From Octopus vulgaris (lineage: Eukaryota), in contig OX597832.1 in NCBI GenBank assembly GCA_951406725.2, positions 13,268,001 through 13,332,000 of the forward strand: a stretch of 64,000 nucleotides of DNA. Direction: 5' to 3'. Positions 1 to 13,200 of this stretch are shown here, one piece after another. Positions within the stretch are counted from its first letter, which is position 1. Every line of letters begins with the position of its first letter. The notes under the pieces were generated by a model. The model saw nothing but the letters and a program-made list of their open reading frames with translations. It did no database searches and was not told the origin of the DNA. Position numbers and translations under genes: made by a program.

Positions 1-277
1 TCTGAAAAGTCATTAGTTTAACTATTAGTCCACTTGCATTCTGGAGGGTATCAGAGGGTCTGAGTAAATTTAGACCCCAACAAATGTCCATACATCAAAT
101 ACATCTATCTGGGCCACGAACGTGGCCTGTCGACCTGTGCCTGATGTCCCCGATCGTAGCCCATCGCGCTTTATGTTTTAACATTTTTATATTAATTATA
201 AAATAAACTCGCAAACCCGGGGCTCCGTTCGTAAAGCGGGTTTTCTTACAGTGAAGTATTACTGTATATCATTTATC

Positions 278-721
278 GTTTACTTGTTTCAATCATTAGA
301 CTGCAGCCACACTGGAGCACCACCTTGAAGATCGTTTAGTCGAATTTATGGACCCCAGTACCTATTATCTTTTTAAGCCCGGTACATATCCCTTTGGTTT
401 CTTCCGTCGAACCGCTAATTTACGGGGACGTAAACAAACCAATACATGTTGCCAAGCGATAGTGGGGTCAACACATACACAAAGGCGCACGCACACACCC
501 ACATGCACACACGCACAGACACATACACACACACACTCGCAGGTACGCACACACACATATAGAGGATGGCCTTCCGTCTAGCAAATCCACTTTGCCTTTC
601 ATCCTTAGTCGGGCTGAGGATATAATAAAATACACTTGCCCAAGATACCATGCAGTGAGGCTGGAACTGGAACCATATGGTTGGGCAGCAAACCTCGTAT
701 CACACAGCTACACCTGCATCT
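278..721 (-). mobile_element. tRNA-derived SINE family A (internal CA/TA microsatellite), diverged copy
   Basis: Reverse complement matches the family seen at 29305-29711 and 48168-48568 (tRNA-like head, CTTGGGCAAGT box, tail ...GAAACAAGTAAA). Confidence 0.8.
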
Positions 722-791
722 ATGTTATATATTAAACATCTCCATTTACACTGTGACATTACTAGGAGCTTGCATTCTATTCTTTCATCTA

Positions 792-1177
792 TCTCTCTCT
801 ATATAAACGGCAGTTTGTCTGTGCGTGTTTCTGTGTGTCTGTTTGCTTGTACCCTCACCCTGACCACGGCTTTCAACCGATTCTGATGAAACTTGACACA
901 CACATAGCCCAATGTCATAATTCAAAACTAACGCAGCGAAAATTTTGAAAAGTTCTCCCAGTTCTGAAAAAAATCGATAAATTCGACATGGGGTCGAGAA
1001 TCAGAAACACAAACAACACACCGTCTAGGGGGCGCAACTCCACCTTCTTTAACTCTCAAAAAAAAATTTACCATCATTTTTTTTCCATTTTTTTGCTATT
1101 TTTTGGCTATAACTCTTTAAAAATGCTTTATAGTTATTTCCCTTACAAACCTGAGCAACGCCGGGCGATACTGCTAG
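792..1177 (+). mobile_element. Non-autonomous Helitron-like element, copy 1
   Basis: 5' TC, 3' CTAG preceded by a GC-rich subterminal hairpin (CCTGAGCAACGCCGGG), inserted between A and T with no TSD; near-identical copy at 57396-57762. Confidence 0.8.
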
Positions 1178-1307
1178 TCTTTTCATAAAACGGAGTTGAG
1201 ACAGCGAGCGATCCTTTATGTACTTGAATCCCTTGCCAGAAAAAAACAAGTAAATTTCCTGCTGAATCAACCCTGCCATCTTCAGAAATGAAAGAGCTTG
1301 TGTAAAT

Positions 1308-1745
1308 AAGGCGGCGAGCTGGAAGAAACGTTAGCACGTTGGGCGAAATTCTTAGCGGTATTTCGTCTGCCGCTACGTTCTTAGTTCAAATTCCGCCGTG
1401 GTCGACTTTGCCTTTCATCCTTTTGGGATCGATTAAATAAGTACCAGTTACGCACTGTGGTCGATATAATCGACTTATTGCGTTTATCTGTCCTTGTTTG
1501 TCCCCTCTGTGTGTAGCCCCTGGTGGGCAGTAAAGACATAGGAAACGTTGGCACGCCGGGTGAAATGCTTAGCGGGTTTTTAGTCTCTCTTTATGTTCTG
1601 CGTTCAAATGCCGCTGAGGTCGACTTTGCTTTTCATCCTCTCGGGGTCGATAGATTAAGTACCAGTTGCGTACTGTGGTCGATCTAATCGACTGGCCCCC
1701 TCCCATAATATTTCGGGCCTTGTGCCCAGAGTACAAAAGCATATT
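1308..1745 (+). mobile_element. SINE family B (Nin/Deu-like central domain), dimer
   Basis: Head AAGGCGGCGAGCTGG, core GTCGACTTTGCCTTTCATCC..GGGTCGAT..AAGTACCAG present twice; flanked by direct repeat TTGTGTAAAT (1298-1307, 1746-1755). Confidence 0.85.
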
Positions 1746-1883
1746 TTGTGTAAATTAATCATAGATGTATGAAAATGAAAGGCTGCGGAATGACAGTTGT
1801 GATGTATTTAATCATAGGTTTGAGCTAAGTTAGAGCTACTGAATAATATCAACTATAGTAAGAACATTGAGAACCTTTTAAAA

Positions 1884-2204
1884 GACTCCGCCGGTTACGA
1901 CGACGAGGGTCCCAGCTGATACGATCAACGGAACAGCTTGCTCGTGAAATTAACGTGCAAATGGCTGAGCATTCCACAGACATGTGTACCCTTAACGTAG
2001 TTCTCGGGGATAATCAGCGTGACACAGAGAGTGACAAGGCTGACCCTTTGAAATACAAGTACAACTCATTTTTGCCAGCTGAGTGGACTGGAGCAACGTG
2101 AAATAAAGTGTCTTGCTCAGGGACACAACGCGTCGCCGGGAATCGAACTCACAACCTTATGATCATGAGCCGAATGCCCTAACCACTAAGCCACGCGCCT
2201 CCAC
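1884..2204 (-). mobile_element. tRNA-derived SINE family C
   Basis: Minus strand starts GTGGAGGCGCGTGGCTTAGTGGTTAGG (A box) ... GTTCGATTCCC (B box), CCTGAGCAAGACACTT; imperfect TSD ACATT(G/C)AGAACC at 1864-1875 and 2206-2217. Confidence 0.85.
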
Positions 2205-2825
2205 TACATTCAGAACCAACGCCTTGCAAAATACCTTGGGTTATTTTCTGTTAAAACAGAGGCTGGTCGCAACGCGATCAACTATATTTACACTCTGGTG
2301 TTTGTTACTCATTTTAAGGATTTCTTTCTTAATTTTTTTTAAATTAACGTCTTTCCTGTGAGGTATTTTCAAAAGATAGTATCTTTAAAGAGAAGAATGG
2401 AGCTAATGGTGATACGAATATTACTCCTTGAGAATTCGACTAGAAAACTTATAGCGTAATTTAGTTTCGTATAAGTAAGCCGGGGAGAGTCAGCTGAGAT
2501 ATATTTGTATAGGAATAAATTATGTTTTGAGTGCTTAGAACATCATAGCCGATTTCAACAATCCATATTTATGAAATGCAGTCTTGTTTACATATCCGTT
2601 AAAATTATGAGTGATGTATGTGGGAAGAAAGCGTTGCGTCCATGGTTGCAGGCTTTGATAGGCTTGAAGAAATATTCTTCTTAAAGTTATCATCTTCATA
2701 TGCTTTATATTCTTCACTTATCTCATATGCCTTATGTATTCCTTAGACAGCAGTAATTTACATCAGCATGAAACAATACAAACATAAGCAAAGAAGGAAT
2801 GACAAAAATAATATTGTTATACTAT

Positions 2826-3215
2826 TTTACTTGTTTCAGTCATTTGACTGCGGCCATGCTGGAGCACCGCCGTTAGTCGACCAAATCGACCCCAGGACTT
2901 ATTCTTTGTAAGCCTAGTACTTATTGTATCGGGCTCTTTTGCCGAACCGCTAAGTTACGGGGACATAAACACACCAGCATCGGTTGTCAAGCGATGTTGG
3001 GGTGAGAAACACAGACACAAACATGTACATACACACACATATATATATATACAACGGGCTTCTTTCAGTTTCCGTCTACCAAATCCACTCACAAGGCTTT
3101 GGTCGGCCCGAGGCTATGGTAGAAAACACTTGCCGGAGATGCCACGCGGTGGGACTGAACCCGGAACCATGTGGCTGGTAAGCAAGCTACTTACAGCAAA
3201 ACCACTCCTACGCCT
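2826..3215 (-). mobile_element. SINE family A, full length
   Basis: Complete head-to-tail match to the other family A copies. Confidence 0.9.
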
Positions 3216-4689
3216 ACTGTTAAGCCTAATGTTGATTCGGGCGGGAAAAAATAGTTATGACGCAAAATGTACTTAATCTTAATAAGAAGCGTAGTGTACC
3301 TGCGAGAGAAAAGGTGTTTTAAAAATGTAATCGCTTTATAGCTCTTAGGTTTACTTTTACAAACAGTAAATAACAACTCGTTGCCAGAGTATAGCGATCT
3401 ATTGATAGAGAGAATTTATATCTGATTCACTTAACACTGCGTAATATAAAATTTACTCGAATCTGTGAGAACGGTTTAGGTATGCAACAGATGTATATAT
3501 TTATACCCACAACAATACTATAAAACTAAATGCACTCACCAATGTTTTAAATATTAACATAAAACATCAGTAAAAAAATACTTAAGTTAATAGCATACGA
3601 CACTGTACTGTACCACAAAAGCATGACATTGTAGTAAAAAAAAAAAAAAAATTCAAAAATTGAATGAAAAAAAGAAAGAAAGTAATATCAGAATTGAATT
3701 GCAACAAAATAAATAAATAAACGATTAATAATAAACAAATAAATAAATAAATATACACCGCTTTTACTCCAAATGATACTCACATCAGATAATATACACA
3801 CGTTTCACTGCAAAAAAATAAATGAATTTTCCTTATAAAACTAACGAACATGTTCTAAAGAAGATAATCAAATAAAATGTTCACACTTCACCATCCTTAT
3901 TGACATTTAACATTCGTTATATACAAAATAAATTCTGAAAGATAGGAACATTTCTTTCAAATAACAGACATATATCTCCGCAACCAACGCAGCAGAGTTA
4001 TAAGAAATAACACATTAAACAACATCACACACTCATAGAAAATGTATCTAACATTAAGATAGAATCAGTGTATTGAATATTTAAATCGATACAAATAGGA
4101 AATGCTTTAGAATTAATAGTATGATTAGGAGGCAAATACATGACGCTTGATTGTGAACCGATAGTTCTAATTTATTTAGAAAGCAGAATTCTGTTATAGT
4201 TAAATCCCTTGATTTTATCAGAAACAGTTTTTGCTAAGTGTTTTGAGGTTGTTGAATATGTATCCACATGAAATTTGTGATGTGGAGAGGAAAAACATTT
4301 ACTGTTCTTTCGTTCTATTAACATTCGATCGAAAGAAACTCAATTTAATGTTCCATCTACAATGCAATACATTCAGCCATTTATATAATACACTTAAATA
4401 CACTAACACTGATAGAAAATGTATTTCCGCTGAATATGTGTATGTAAATTATAAATTAGTTTGCTAAGTATTCGAGACTGGCAAAAATTTCTGCCTTGAT
4501 TTGGCGATACTGAATACAGAGGCAATAAAATTGGATTAAACTTATAAACTATTTCTAATTTCATAAATGTAATTTACGAGGCCATCACCGCGAATAGGCA
4601 ATTTGTGCTTTTTGCGAGAAATTGATATTCATTGTATATCTCATTATATTACTGTAGCGACTCATTAGCAAACTTGACTAGATACGCAG

Positions 4690-7045
4690 CTGCATTTCTT
4701 CAGCTGTTTTCCAATGCCTCTGAGGTCGATATTCTTTTTCATCCTTTCTAGGTCGATGAAATCAGTACCAGATGAGCACTGGGTTCATTGCATTCTACTA
4801 GCTTCTTCCCCCAAAATGATTTGCTTTCTGACTATAGCTGAAAGGATTATACTCCAGGTTTCAAAAAATTTATCAAAAAGGCTAACAATTGAGGAGAAGG
4901 TTGCAGCTCGATTGCATCGACCACAGTTTCTAATTGGTATTTATTTTTTGAGGACAATCAACTTAGGCGGAATTTTATCACAGAAAATAAAGACGGACGA
5001 AAAGCTTCTAAGCATTTCCCCCAGCGTGCTAACCATTCTGAAACTTAGTTGTCTTAAAGGATAATATTACTGATTTCTAGGCAGAAGGAGGGAGCCAGTT
5101 GATTAGTTCAATCCCAGTACGCAACTGGCACTTAATTTATCGACCCCAAAAGGAAGAAAAGCAAAGTCGACCTCGGCAGTATTTGAACTCAAGACGTAAA
5201 TTTTTAGACGAAATACCACTAAGCATTTCGCCCGGCGTTCTAACGTTTTTGCCAGCTCGCTGCCTTCTGGTACTTCTTTTATTGACACTGAAAATAATCA
5301 AAGACAAAGCTGACCTCGGCCTAATTTGATCTGAAAATGTAAAGACGAACGTAGCCAGTTTGGATTATTGAACGGCGTTGATCACTCATTGATGCCTGTC
5401 AAAAGAGACGAAGCTTTAATTTTTTTCCAAATTTATTAGGCCAACTTCCATGAATAAATATTTCTCATATAACTCAAAATAGGGCGGCGTTCTGGCAAAA
5501 TATTTAGCACGACAGACAAAAAAAATGCTTGGATGCATTTTTTTCCAAATTACATTCCGGGATCAAATGTCGTGAAGGTACTGTTTACATTTCATCATTT
5601 CGGGGTTAATAAAATAAGTATCAGCTGAGCACAGGGATCGATGTAACTGCCATACTCTTCCTGATAAAAAAAATTGCTGGCATTTTCCAAATTATTGAAG
5701 GAATATTACTGAAGCTAACAATCTTGCTTTAAATTGTTGATTCCAGATCAGATCTTGTATTTTCATGATAAAGATTCTTATTTCTTTACTGCCCCCAAGG
5801 TGCTACACACAGAGGGGACAAACACGGACAGACAAACAGATTAAATCGATTATATCGACCCAAGTGCTTAACTGGTACTTATTTAATCGACCCTGAAAGG
5901 ATGAAAGGCAAAGTCGATCTCGGCGGAATTTGAACTCAGAACGTAGCGGCAGACGAAATACCTATTTCTTTATTACCCACAAGGGGCTAAACACAGAGGG
6001 GACAAACAAAGACAGACATAGGTATTAAGTCGATTATATCGACCCAAGTGCTTAACTGGTACTTATTTAATCGACCCTGAAAGGATGAAAGGCAAAGTCG
6101 ACCTCGGCGGAATTTGAACTCAGAACGTAGTGGCAGACGAAATACCGCTAAGCATTTCGTCCGGCGTGCTAACGGTTCTGCCAGATCACCGCCTTAGTGT
6201 GGGCATTTATATTGGTTTCAGATTTTGGCTCAAGGCTAGCACATTTGATGGAGGGTAAGCAGATTACATTGACCCTAGTGCAGAACTGGTACTTATTTTA
6301 TCGACCCCAAAGCGGTGAAAAACAATATGGACCTAGACAGAATTTGAATTCCGAACATCAAGACTGATGAAAAATGCCTCTAAGCATTTCGCCAAGCCTG
6401 CTAACGAATCTATCAGCTCACCGTATTAATGTGGTCAGAAATATTCCTTTCTGCTCTAGGCACAAGGCCCGAAATTTTGGGGGAGTGGGGGACAGTGGAT
6501 TAGATCGACTCCCGTATGCAACTGGTATTTGATTTATCGACTCCGAAGGATGAAAGGCAAAGTCGACCTCGGCAGAATATAAATTCAGAATGTAAAGACA
6601 GACGAAATACCACTAAGAATTTCGCCCGGCGTGCTGTCGTTTCTTATTTCTTTATTGCCCACAAGGGGCTAAACATAGAGGGGATAAACAAGGTCAGACA
6701 AAGGGATTAATCCGATTACATTGACACCAGTGCATAACTGGTACTTAATTTATCGACCCCCAAAGGATGAAAGGCAATGTTGACCTCGGCAGAATTTGAA
6801 CTCAAAACGTAAAGACAGACGAAATATCTATTTCTTTACTACCCACAAGGGGCTAAACACAGAGAAGACAAACAAGGACCGACAAACTGATTAAGTTGAT
6901 TATATCGACTCCAGTGCGTAACTAGTACTTATTTAATCGACTCCGAAAGGATGAAAGGCAGGATTTGAACTCAGAACGTAGCGGCAGACGAAATACCGCA
7001 AAGCTTTTCGCCCGGCGTGCTAACGAATCTGCCAGCTCGCCGCCT
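4690..7045. mobile_element. Cluster of SINE family B copies (degenerate monomers plus minus-strand multimers at ~5778-6195 and ~6445-7045)
   Basis: Repeated ACTGGTACTTATTTAATCGACCC..GGATGAAAGGCAAAGTCGACCTCGGC..ATTTGAACTCAGAACG motifs. Confidence 0.85.
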
Positions 7046-7367
7046 TTCTGGACAAAAATATTGCAATATACTAGATACCGTTAGAACAGTAGCAGCCTAA
7101 ACATGTATGATGTTGTTGATATGGACGGCGTCTTCATAGTACGTATGTGAAAATAATGTTTCCTAGTTTATATTTGCTTGAAATATTGATAGCTCTTATG
7201 CCCGCTTCCTATATCGATTAGAAATAGTCGCTTGCTGCACGACAAGCGGCCAACCTCTATGCTGGAACTACCTCTATTTCTGTTCTACATTTAAGAAATG
7301 AGGAATTATTTACGTTATTTACATTATTTACATTCGACGGATATTTGTTCTCGTCTTGTTTGTTGCT

Positions 7368-7413
7368 AACACAACGTTTCGGCTCATATAGCCGCCAGGC
7401 TACATCAGATGTC
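7368..7413 (-). ncRNA. Degenerate minimal type I hammerhead ribozyme
   Basis: Minus strand: GACAT CTGATGT A GCCTG..GAGCC GAAA CG TT GTGTT; A9 mutated and stem II damaged. Confidence 0.5.
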
Positions 7414-7540
7414 TTGGGGACAATTCGAACCTGGGTTCTCATTCCTGGGTTCTCATTCACATTCTCATTCTTCATTCTCTGACCTTCGAGTTTCTCACAG
7501 GTCGTTGGCGGATGGGAACCCAGGTTCGAAATTTCTCCAA

Positions 7541-7587
7541 GACACCTGAAGAAGGCTGTGGGGGTATATCAGCCGAAACGTTGTGTT
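7541..7587 (+). ncRNA. Minimal type I hammerhead ribozyme (palindromic AACGTT stem III)
   Basis: GACAC CTGAAGA A GGCTG..CAGCC GAAA CG TT GTGTT; stems I and II pair and the core is intact. Confidence 0.8.
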
Positions 7588-9072
7588 AACAACAAACCGA
7601 GGTGAGGACAAATATCCGTCAAATGTAAATAATGTAAATAATGTAGCTCTATTTCTGTTTGATATTAATTTTTTTTTGTTCTATCAGTCCCATGTTTCAA
7701 TCAGCTTGATCCGCTGGAGGCATAGTTTCTCTATATAAAGCTGCATTCGAAAAACAGTAACTCTATGAGGATATGTTGTTTAGTTGTGTTGCTAAATCTT
7801 GTGGTATACCTGTAGGACTTTGATAAATTTAGAAGTAGCTTTCTCTATGCTGTTATCAGTTCCCTTCAAGCTATTCTTATATCAAGATTTCGAGAAGAAT
7901 AAGTTGAACAATTCACATTTGCTTACTGCACACACCATTGACACTTCAGTGCAACCGCATCATTTACATCTAATCCATGCTGTTTGAGTATGAAATATTC
8001 ATGGAGAATTTATTCAGGCTGCCGTCTAAAGCACGATATTCAAAATATTGTAGCTATTTCGGTTAGTTTCTGATTAGTTACTGATTTAAATATCGATCGC
8101 AATCAAAATTGTCTTCGAATGCAGAAGGTTAAATGGTGTTTATCATTTGACCAGCGATCAACTAACTATGAAACATGTCAAGATAATCTTAATTTTGTGT
8201 GTGCAATGGGTAAAACAATGGTATATTTTCACTTTCTACAGACTAGGCGTTAAAAACTCTACGCTAAATGCTTTGTATGTGTGTGTACTTATGTGTGTTC
8301 GTGTAAGAGTGTGTGTGTGTGCATATGCGTGTGTGTGTGTGTGTGTGTGTGTTGTGTTGTGTGTGTTAAGGACAGGATCATATAGGCATTGTTCTGTTTC
8401 TTCTATCTTCTGTATTATAACACGTAATATAGATTTTAAATGATTAGGTATTCATACTCAGGATTTACTTCAAAACACGTTTGAAAAGAAATCCATAGTG
8501 ATTTAGTCCTTAAAGCGAGTAAGGAAACGGTTTATTTTTCACATGTTCAGCGTCCGTTTAACATTTTATAATATCTGGATGTTTATATGGATGTAAAAGC
8601 ATTAAGTTATGGAGTACATAACTGCTTCAACATAAGGAAGTGTCAGACTATATTTTGCGCTAACTCTGTCGTTATACTACAACACAAAATGCCTGTTCCA
8701 TTTACCTCAGGAAGAAGAAGTCTAATTTTTAAAAATATTACTTTTCTGCATTGGATCGTATTGTATAGTTAAAACACACGAACTTTCTCACAAACACATT
8801 CACACAGGAAGGCATACACACTCATCTCCTTAAGTATTCAACGACTGTTTAGCCAGTTTTGGTTCTGTGAACATTATGTTCTGTATAACCCCATAAAAAT
8901 ATCTGGCGATATGAGGTCCGATGAAAGTGCTGAATCTCGTTATCAAATTTACCAGTTTTTCAAAAGCTCATCAAAAATTAGGGCTTTACATTTTTATGAT
9001 ATTATGGAGATGCCTCATTTTGCAGGAAATAAAGTACCACAAGATCTAAGTTGCCTTGAATGTTTGACTTGC

Positions 9073-9185
9073 TTTCCCCAAGACACTAATGTAGCTCTAT
9101 TTCTGTTTGATATTAATTTTTTTTTGTTCTATCAGTCCCATGTTTCTATCAGCTTGATCCGCTGGAAGCATAGTTTCTCTATATA
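9073..9185 (+). repeat. Local duplication of 7639-7737, preceded by a 14-nt pLTR stub
   Basis: 9087-9185 matches 7639-7737 with about 2 mismatches; TTTCCCCAAGACAC (9073-9086) matches 7532-7545. Confidence 0.85.
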
Positions 9186-10249
9186 TACCCACTTCCCTGA
9201 AATTGCTGGCCAAAATTTGAAACCGATATTTTGGTCAATCTTATGGCGGCGAGCTGGCAGAATTGGTAAATGCTTAGTGGTATTTCGCCTGCCTTTACGT
9301 TCCGTGTTTCAACTTCACTAATGTCGACTTTGTCTTTCGTCATTTAGGGGTCGATAGAAGTAACAGTTGAGTATTGGTTTCGATGTAATCCACTTACAAC
9401 TTCTCCTGAACTTGCTGGCCTTATACTAACATTTGAAATTAATATTCTGATGAATCTTGTACATCAGCGTGTTACCTTAAATATATTTCTGATGAAGAGA
9501 AATCCAGTTAAATTTTGCAAGGGAATTGTAATGATGATTCACGTGATTTTTTAATTAGCAGAGTCTAATTCTTCTAACCTCTACTTGTTACTATTTAATA
9601 TTATTTTTCTCGATTCTGGCAAAACGTTAATTTTTTAGCCTTCAAATTGAACCGCTGATTCATATTTCGTTTCAGAAACATTTTTTTCTTTTTATATTCT
9701 GCAGTTTTCATAATTCAACTGATTACAGCTTAGATGTCCTCAAGCATGTGATATTTTAATTAAAACGCTATCCTACGTTACATATATGTGTGCGTGTATT
9801 TCAGTGTGTGTGTGTGTATGTGTTTGTGTCTGTGTGTATGTTCAGTGTGTTGTAACTGTTTTTCTTATGTTTCAGGAATGTATAAACTGCATTATCTGAA
9901 ATGAACTGTATCCAACACCATCCTAATTTTCAGTTATGTCAGTAGAAAATTTTAATATTTAATACTGTTTTATGGTAAAAGATTTTCGTTTTCAAGAATT
10001 AATTTTCAACATATTTTCGTTGCACGACGTACTTATACCATATATTTTTTATTCTTTGGGTAATCAAATATTTCTCGGAACATGTGACAGCCACATTCGA
10101 AACGTTGTGTAACTCAATAGAATCAGCGTACGTGTCTCTATACATTGGGTGTCTTTGAAATAAATTACACTTTGTTTATCTAAGGTATAATATCTTTCAT
10201 TATTATAACGATATTTAATATAGTTAACACCATGGGAATATTAATCTTA

Positions 10250-11100
10250 AAGACTTCCTACAGGGAAGGTTTACCATAGCAAACGTTTTGTGCTATGTGA
10301 ATATATGAATTGTGTCTCAGATAGAATATGGAATCTAAATAATCTAATCCACTTTATATACAGAATTTTGCTAGAGTATTTGAAATGATAGCAATCGCTA
10401 CATTGATTTTCTGCTGCTATTTGATGATCAGAAAGGATAGAGATAGTGTGTAATGCTTTGAGTGCCATATTTTGCGCTCTTGCTGACACTTAGATTAAAG
10501 TGGAGAGTTCTATAAAGCATTGATAATCTATTATGCTAATCTTATCTTCAACTGTCTAAGCAAACATATTAATAGAATGTTGTCAAAATCAGCAGCCTTT
10601 CTAAGTGTGATAACGCATTCTATTCCCTTTCACATCAATTCTATTATTGATATAAAAGGGAAAAAGAATGCGTTACTAAGAATTTGTTATCAAGAATAAA
10701 AGATTCTATTTGTTGCTTTAATCGGTTTCTGCGCTCGCATGTGTGGCATGTTTAAACACACAGCAACCATGATCACTTATCACTCATGAATGAATTAATT
10801 CTGTTCAGCTGTATAACTTCATCACGTTTCAAACCTGTGTTATCAGTTGATTTTTCTAACAGTTTTTAACCCGGCAGGAAATGATGTTAGAATATCGTGT
10901 CTTTATATGCAATGCCTATTAAAATTTAGAGGGAGAAAAATTGTTCCCGATGTTTGCCACCTTCCAAATGCATCACTGATCCCAAAGCGTAGGAAATGAA
11001 AACTGATCTCATCGAGATTTGAACTAAGAAAATAAGGTGACAAATATAACCCCTACCAAGCATTTTATATGCGCCTTTACTGTTTCTGCAATCGACATGT
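10250..11100 (-). pseudogene. Highly decayed APE endonuclease region of a CR1/L2-like LINE
   Basis: Scattered minus-strand motifs in the expected order: LSSNLDEISFH..GISD, HGCCVF, AADFD (GDFN-like), ILSDH. Confidence 0.3.
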
Positions 11101-12789
11101 TTACTAATATCTACTAGATAGGAGAGATGAAAGATAAGGTGAAGAAGAGTGAAAAGGAGGAAATATTCTAAGAGTCCTGCAGAATGGTTAGGAGGGCGCA
11201 TGAAAGAAACAGGTGTTAATAGCATCAATGTAATCAACACATGAATCATGATAGTCTTCCTCTATGCCTATCTCTCCCAATGGAGAGTAGACTATCGGCA
11301 ACTTTTCTCCACTGTCCTATACTACGAGTCCCCTTTTCTGCTTTTTGTGCAAGGTCTTGTTTGTTTTGAGTTGTTATCAAAACTTCCGTAACTAATTTCC
11401 TGGTATGTGTATTTGCCCCACACAAACACAATTTTACATCTAGGAAGAAGTCATCTTTAATCTGACCGCTATCATTTGAGCTATCCAGTATGAGAGGTCT
11501 AAAGAGAATCTTATGCTCTGCTGGTGTAGCTCTCACGTTCAGTAAATGATACAAGCCATCACACTGCTACGAGGACCGGATCTTGCATTGGAAGTGGGCT
11601 AAGCTAATATTCAAATATTCTGTTCCTATCTACAGTGGTCAGATACGAAGATAGAACAGCTAAAAGTGTATGGCACACATCATCCTAAAAGTAATATAGG
11701 CAGTTATTATTTAGTATGTAAGTAAAAAGAACATGATTTCTTAAATGTAGTACGCATTCAGCGACGAGATTTGGAAATGAAAACCTATGTTTAGCATAGT
11801 AAGGTAATACTGCTTCTCCAGTTAAATATATCGAAGAAATCAGTGAAGGATAACGGTTTTCAATAAAAACAGAGCAGGAATATAAAACCAGATGCTAATG
11901 AACTAGAACATGGCCAAATCATGCAAAGTTACGTTTTTGGAAGTGATGAATGCTAGTTCATCAGAAATGGAGTCATTAAATGAGAAATGGAATTGGTAAT
12001 GAAAACTGACCTGGAAAAAAACCACCAGAACGAATATGATTGAAACAGAGATAAAACTCATTGGAAGAAAAAAATCGCAGATTAAGTAGAAAAGGAATCA
12101 TGAGTTTTGAATATCTCTGAATTGTGCGTTGTAAACTAACAACCAAAGAGTATAAGTACAGGGTGATTGTACTGGGAAAAGGGGACATTGAAATGTTAGC
12201 CAAGTCTTTGTGATTGAATAAATGAAAAAGGTATTGACACGAGTCGAAAGGGTAAATTAAAATTCATAATTAAAGGAGTTCATGGGACTTCTTAAAAAAG
12301 AATAATTATACTAGGTAGAAGGAAACTATATTTCATAGTTGGAAACTGAAGGAAGGAACAAAACACGTAAGATTATTGATGTGCAGTCTCAGATAATAGG
12401 AGGGTGGGTATCAAGGAAACAAGATTCAAAATATACGAAGCTAAAAATGGAATGATATGATTGGCACCTTTGTTTCTGTTGAACAAATAGTGAATATCGA
12501 GGGTAGTACCAGGTGTGGGATTTCTAGAAATTACGCTTTGATCGTGGCCTGGTAAAGGTTGGGGACTGTCTGATAAGCTGCTATTCACCGACGACTATAA
12601 ATTTCCCGAGAATAGCATGAGATTTTGTTCGTCAGTAATCCTCTACGGAATGACGATGCCGTAAAACCAGGTGCCCTACGACGAGGTAGAGTTGTGGCAA
12701 AGTGAAGAGCTGTACAGAACGCATAACAATGAATGTTAAGACACGTGATTATTTACCTCAACCAATAAACTGATATCCCTGTACATTAT

Positions 12790-13200
12790 GGCATCAGTCA
12801 TCTGAAAATGCGAACGAAACCTAATAATTGCCATCCGATACCCGTGATCGCTGCTATCGAAATATTTCTATTGAGCAGAGCTGATCAAATTTTCTCGGAA
12901 GCATCATTCTCTTTCTCTATGCTTGCTTACATTCTCAAGTGCAATTTGGAAAAGTTGATATCTTGGTCAAAGAAAAAGGTATCTATATTCAATAATTGCA
13001 GTTATGTTTACCAATACAACCCCTTTTTTCCAAAGCTACCAAAGGATAATGACACCCTGTCCTTCACGGTGTAGCAGAAAGCAACGTGAAGCTTTCACAG
13101 TGAATACAATTAACAGCAGAATCCTGTAATTATCAGGAACTAGGTGAGTACGTCCAAGTCCATAATGATTACGTCTCTCATTACGAATCTCGTATGCACA
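12790..13200 (+). pseudogene. Decayed LINE RT fragments (CR1/L2-like)
   Basis: PNNCHPIPVIAAIEIF (NYRPI-like) and NLEKLISWSKKKVSIFN (DL..I..W...FN-like) in ORF 12808-13074. Confidence 0.35.

Larger units (their letters stand above)
7285..7646. mobile_element. Non-autonomous PLE-type insertion made of two inverted pLTR fragments, each with a minimal hammerhead
   Basis: Arms ~7307-7440 and ~7512-7645 are reverse complements; 13-bp direct repeat CTCTATTTCTGTT at 7272-7284 and 7647-7659. Confidence 0.7.

Noticed and set aside
884-900. CTGATGAAAC in the Helitron-like element
   Set aside because: No stem II and no pairing partners; a chance overlap of motifs.
2120-2204. tRNA genes at SINE heads (also 19329, 29305, 33610)
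   Set aside because: A and B boxes are present, but they continue into SINE bodies with tails and TSDs, and no clean cloverleaf is seen.
11246-11554. 102-aa ORF as a host exon
   Set aside because: No recognisable domain; it lies beside decayed LINE sequence and has no supportable splice structure.
12560-12645. CTGACGA..GAAA..GTC on the minus strand as a hammerhead
   Set aside because: Stems I and II do not pair.
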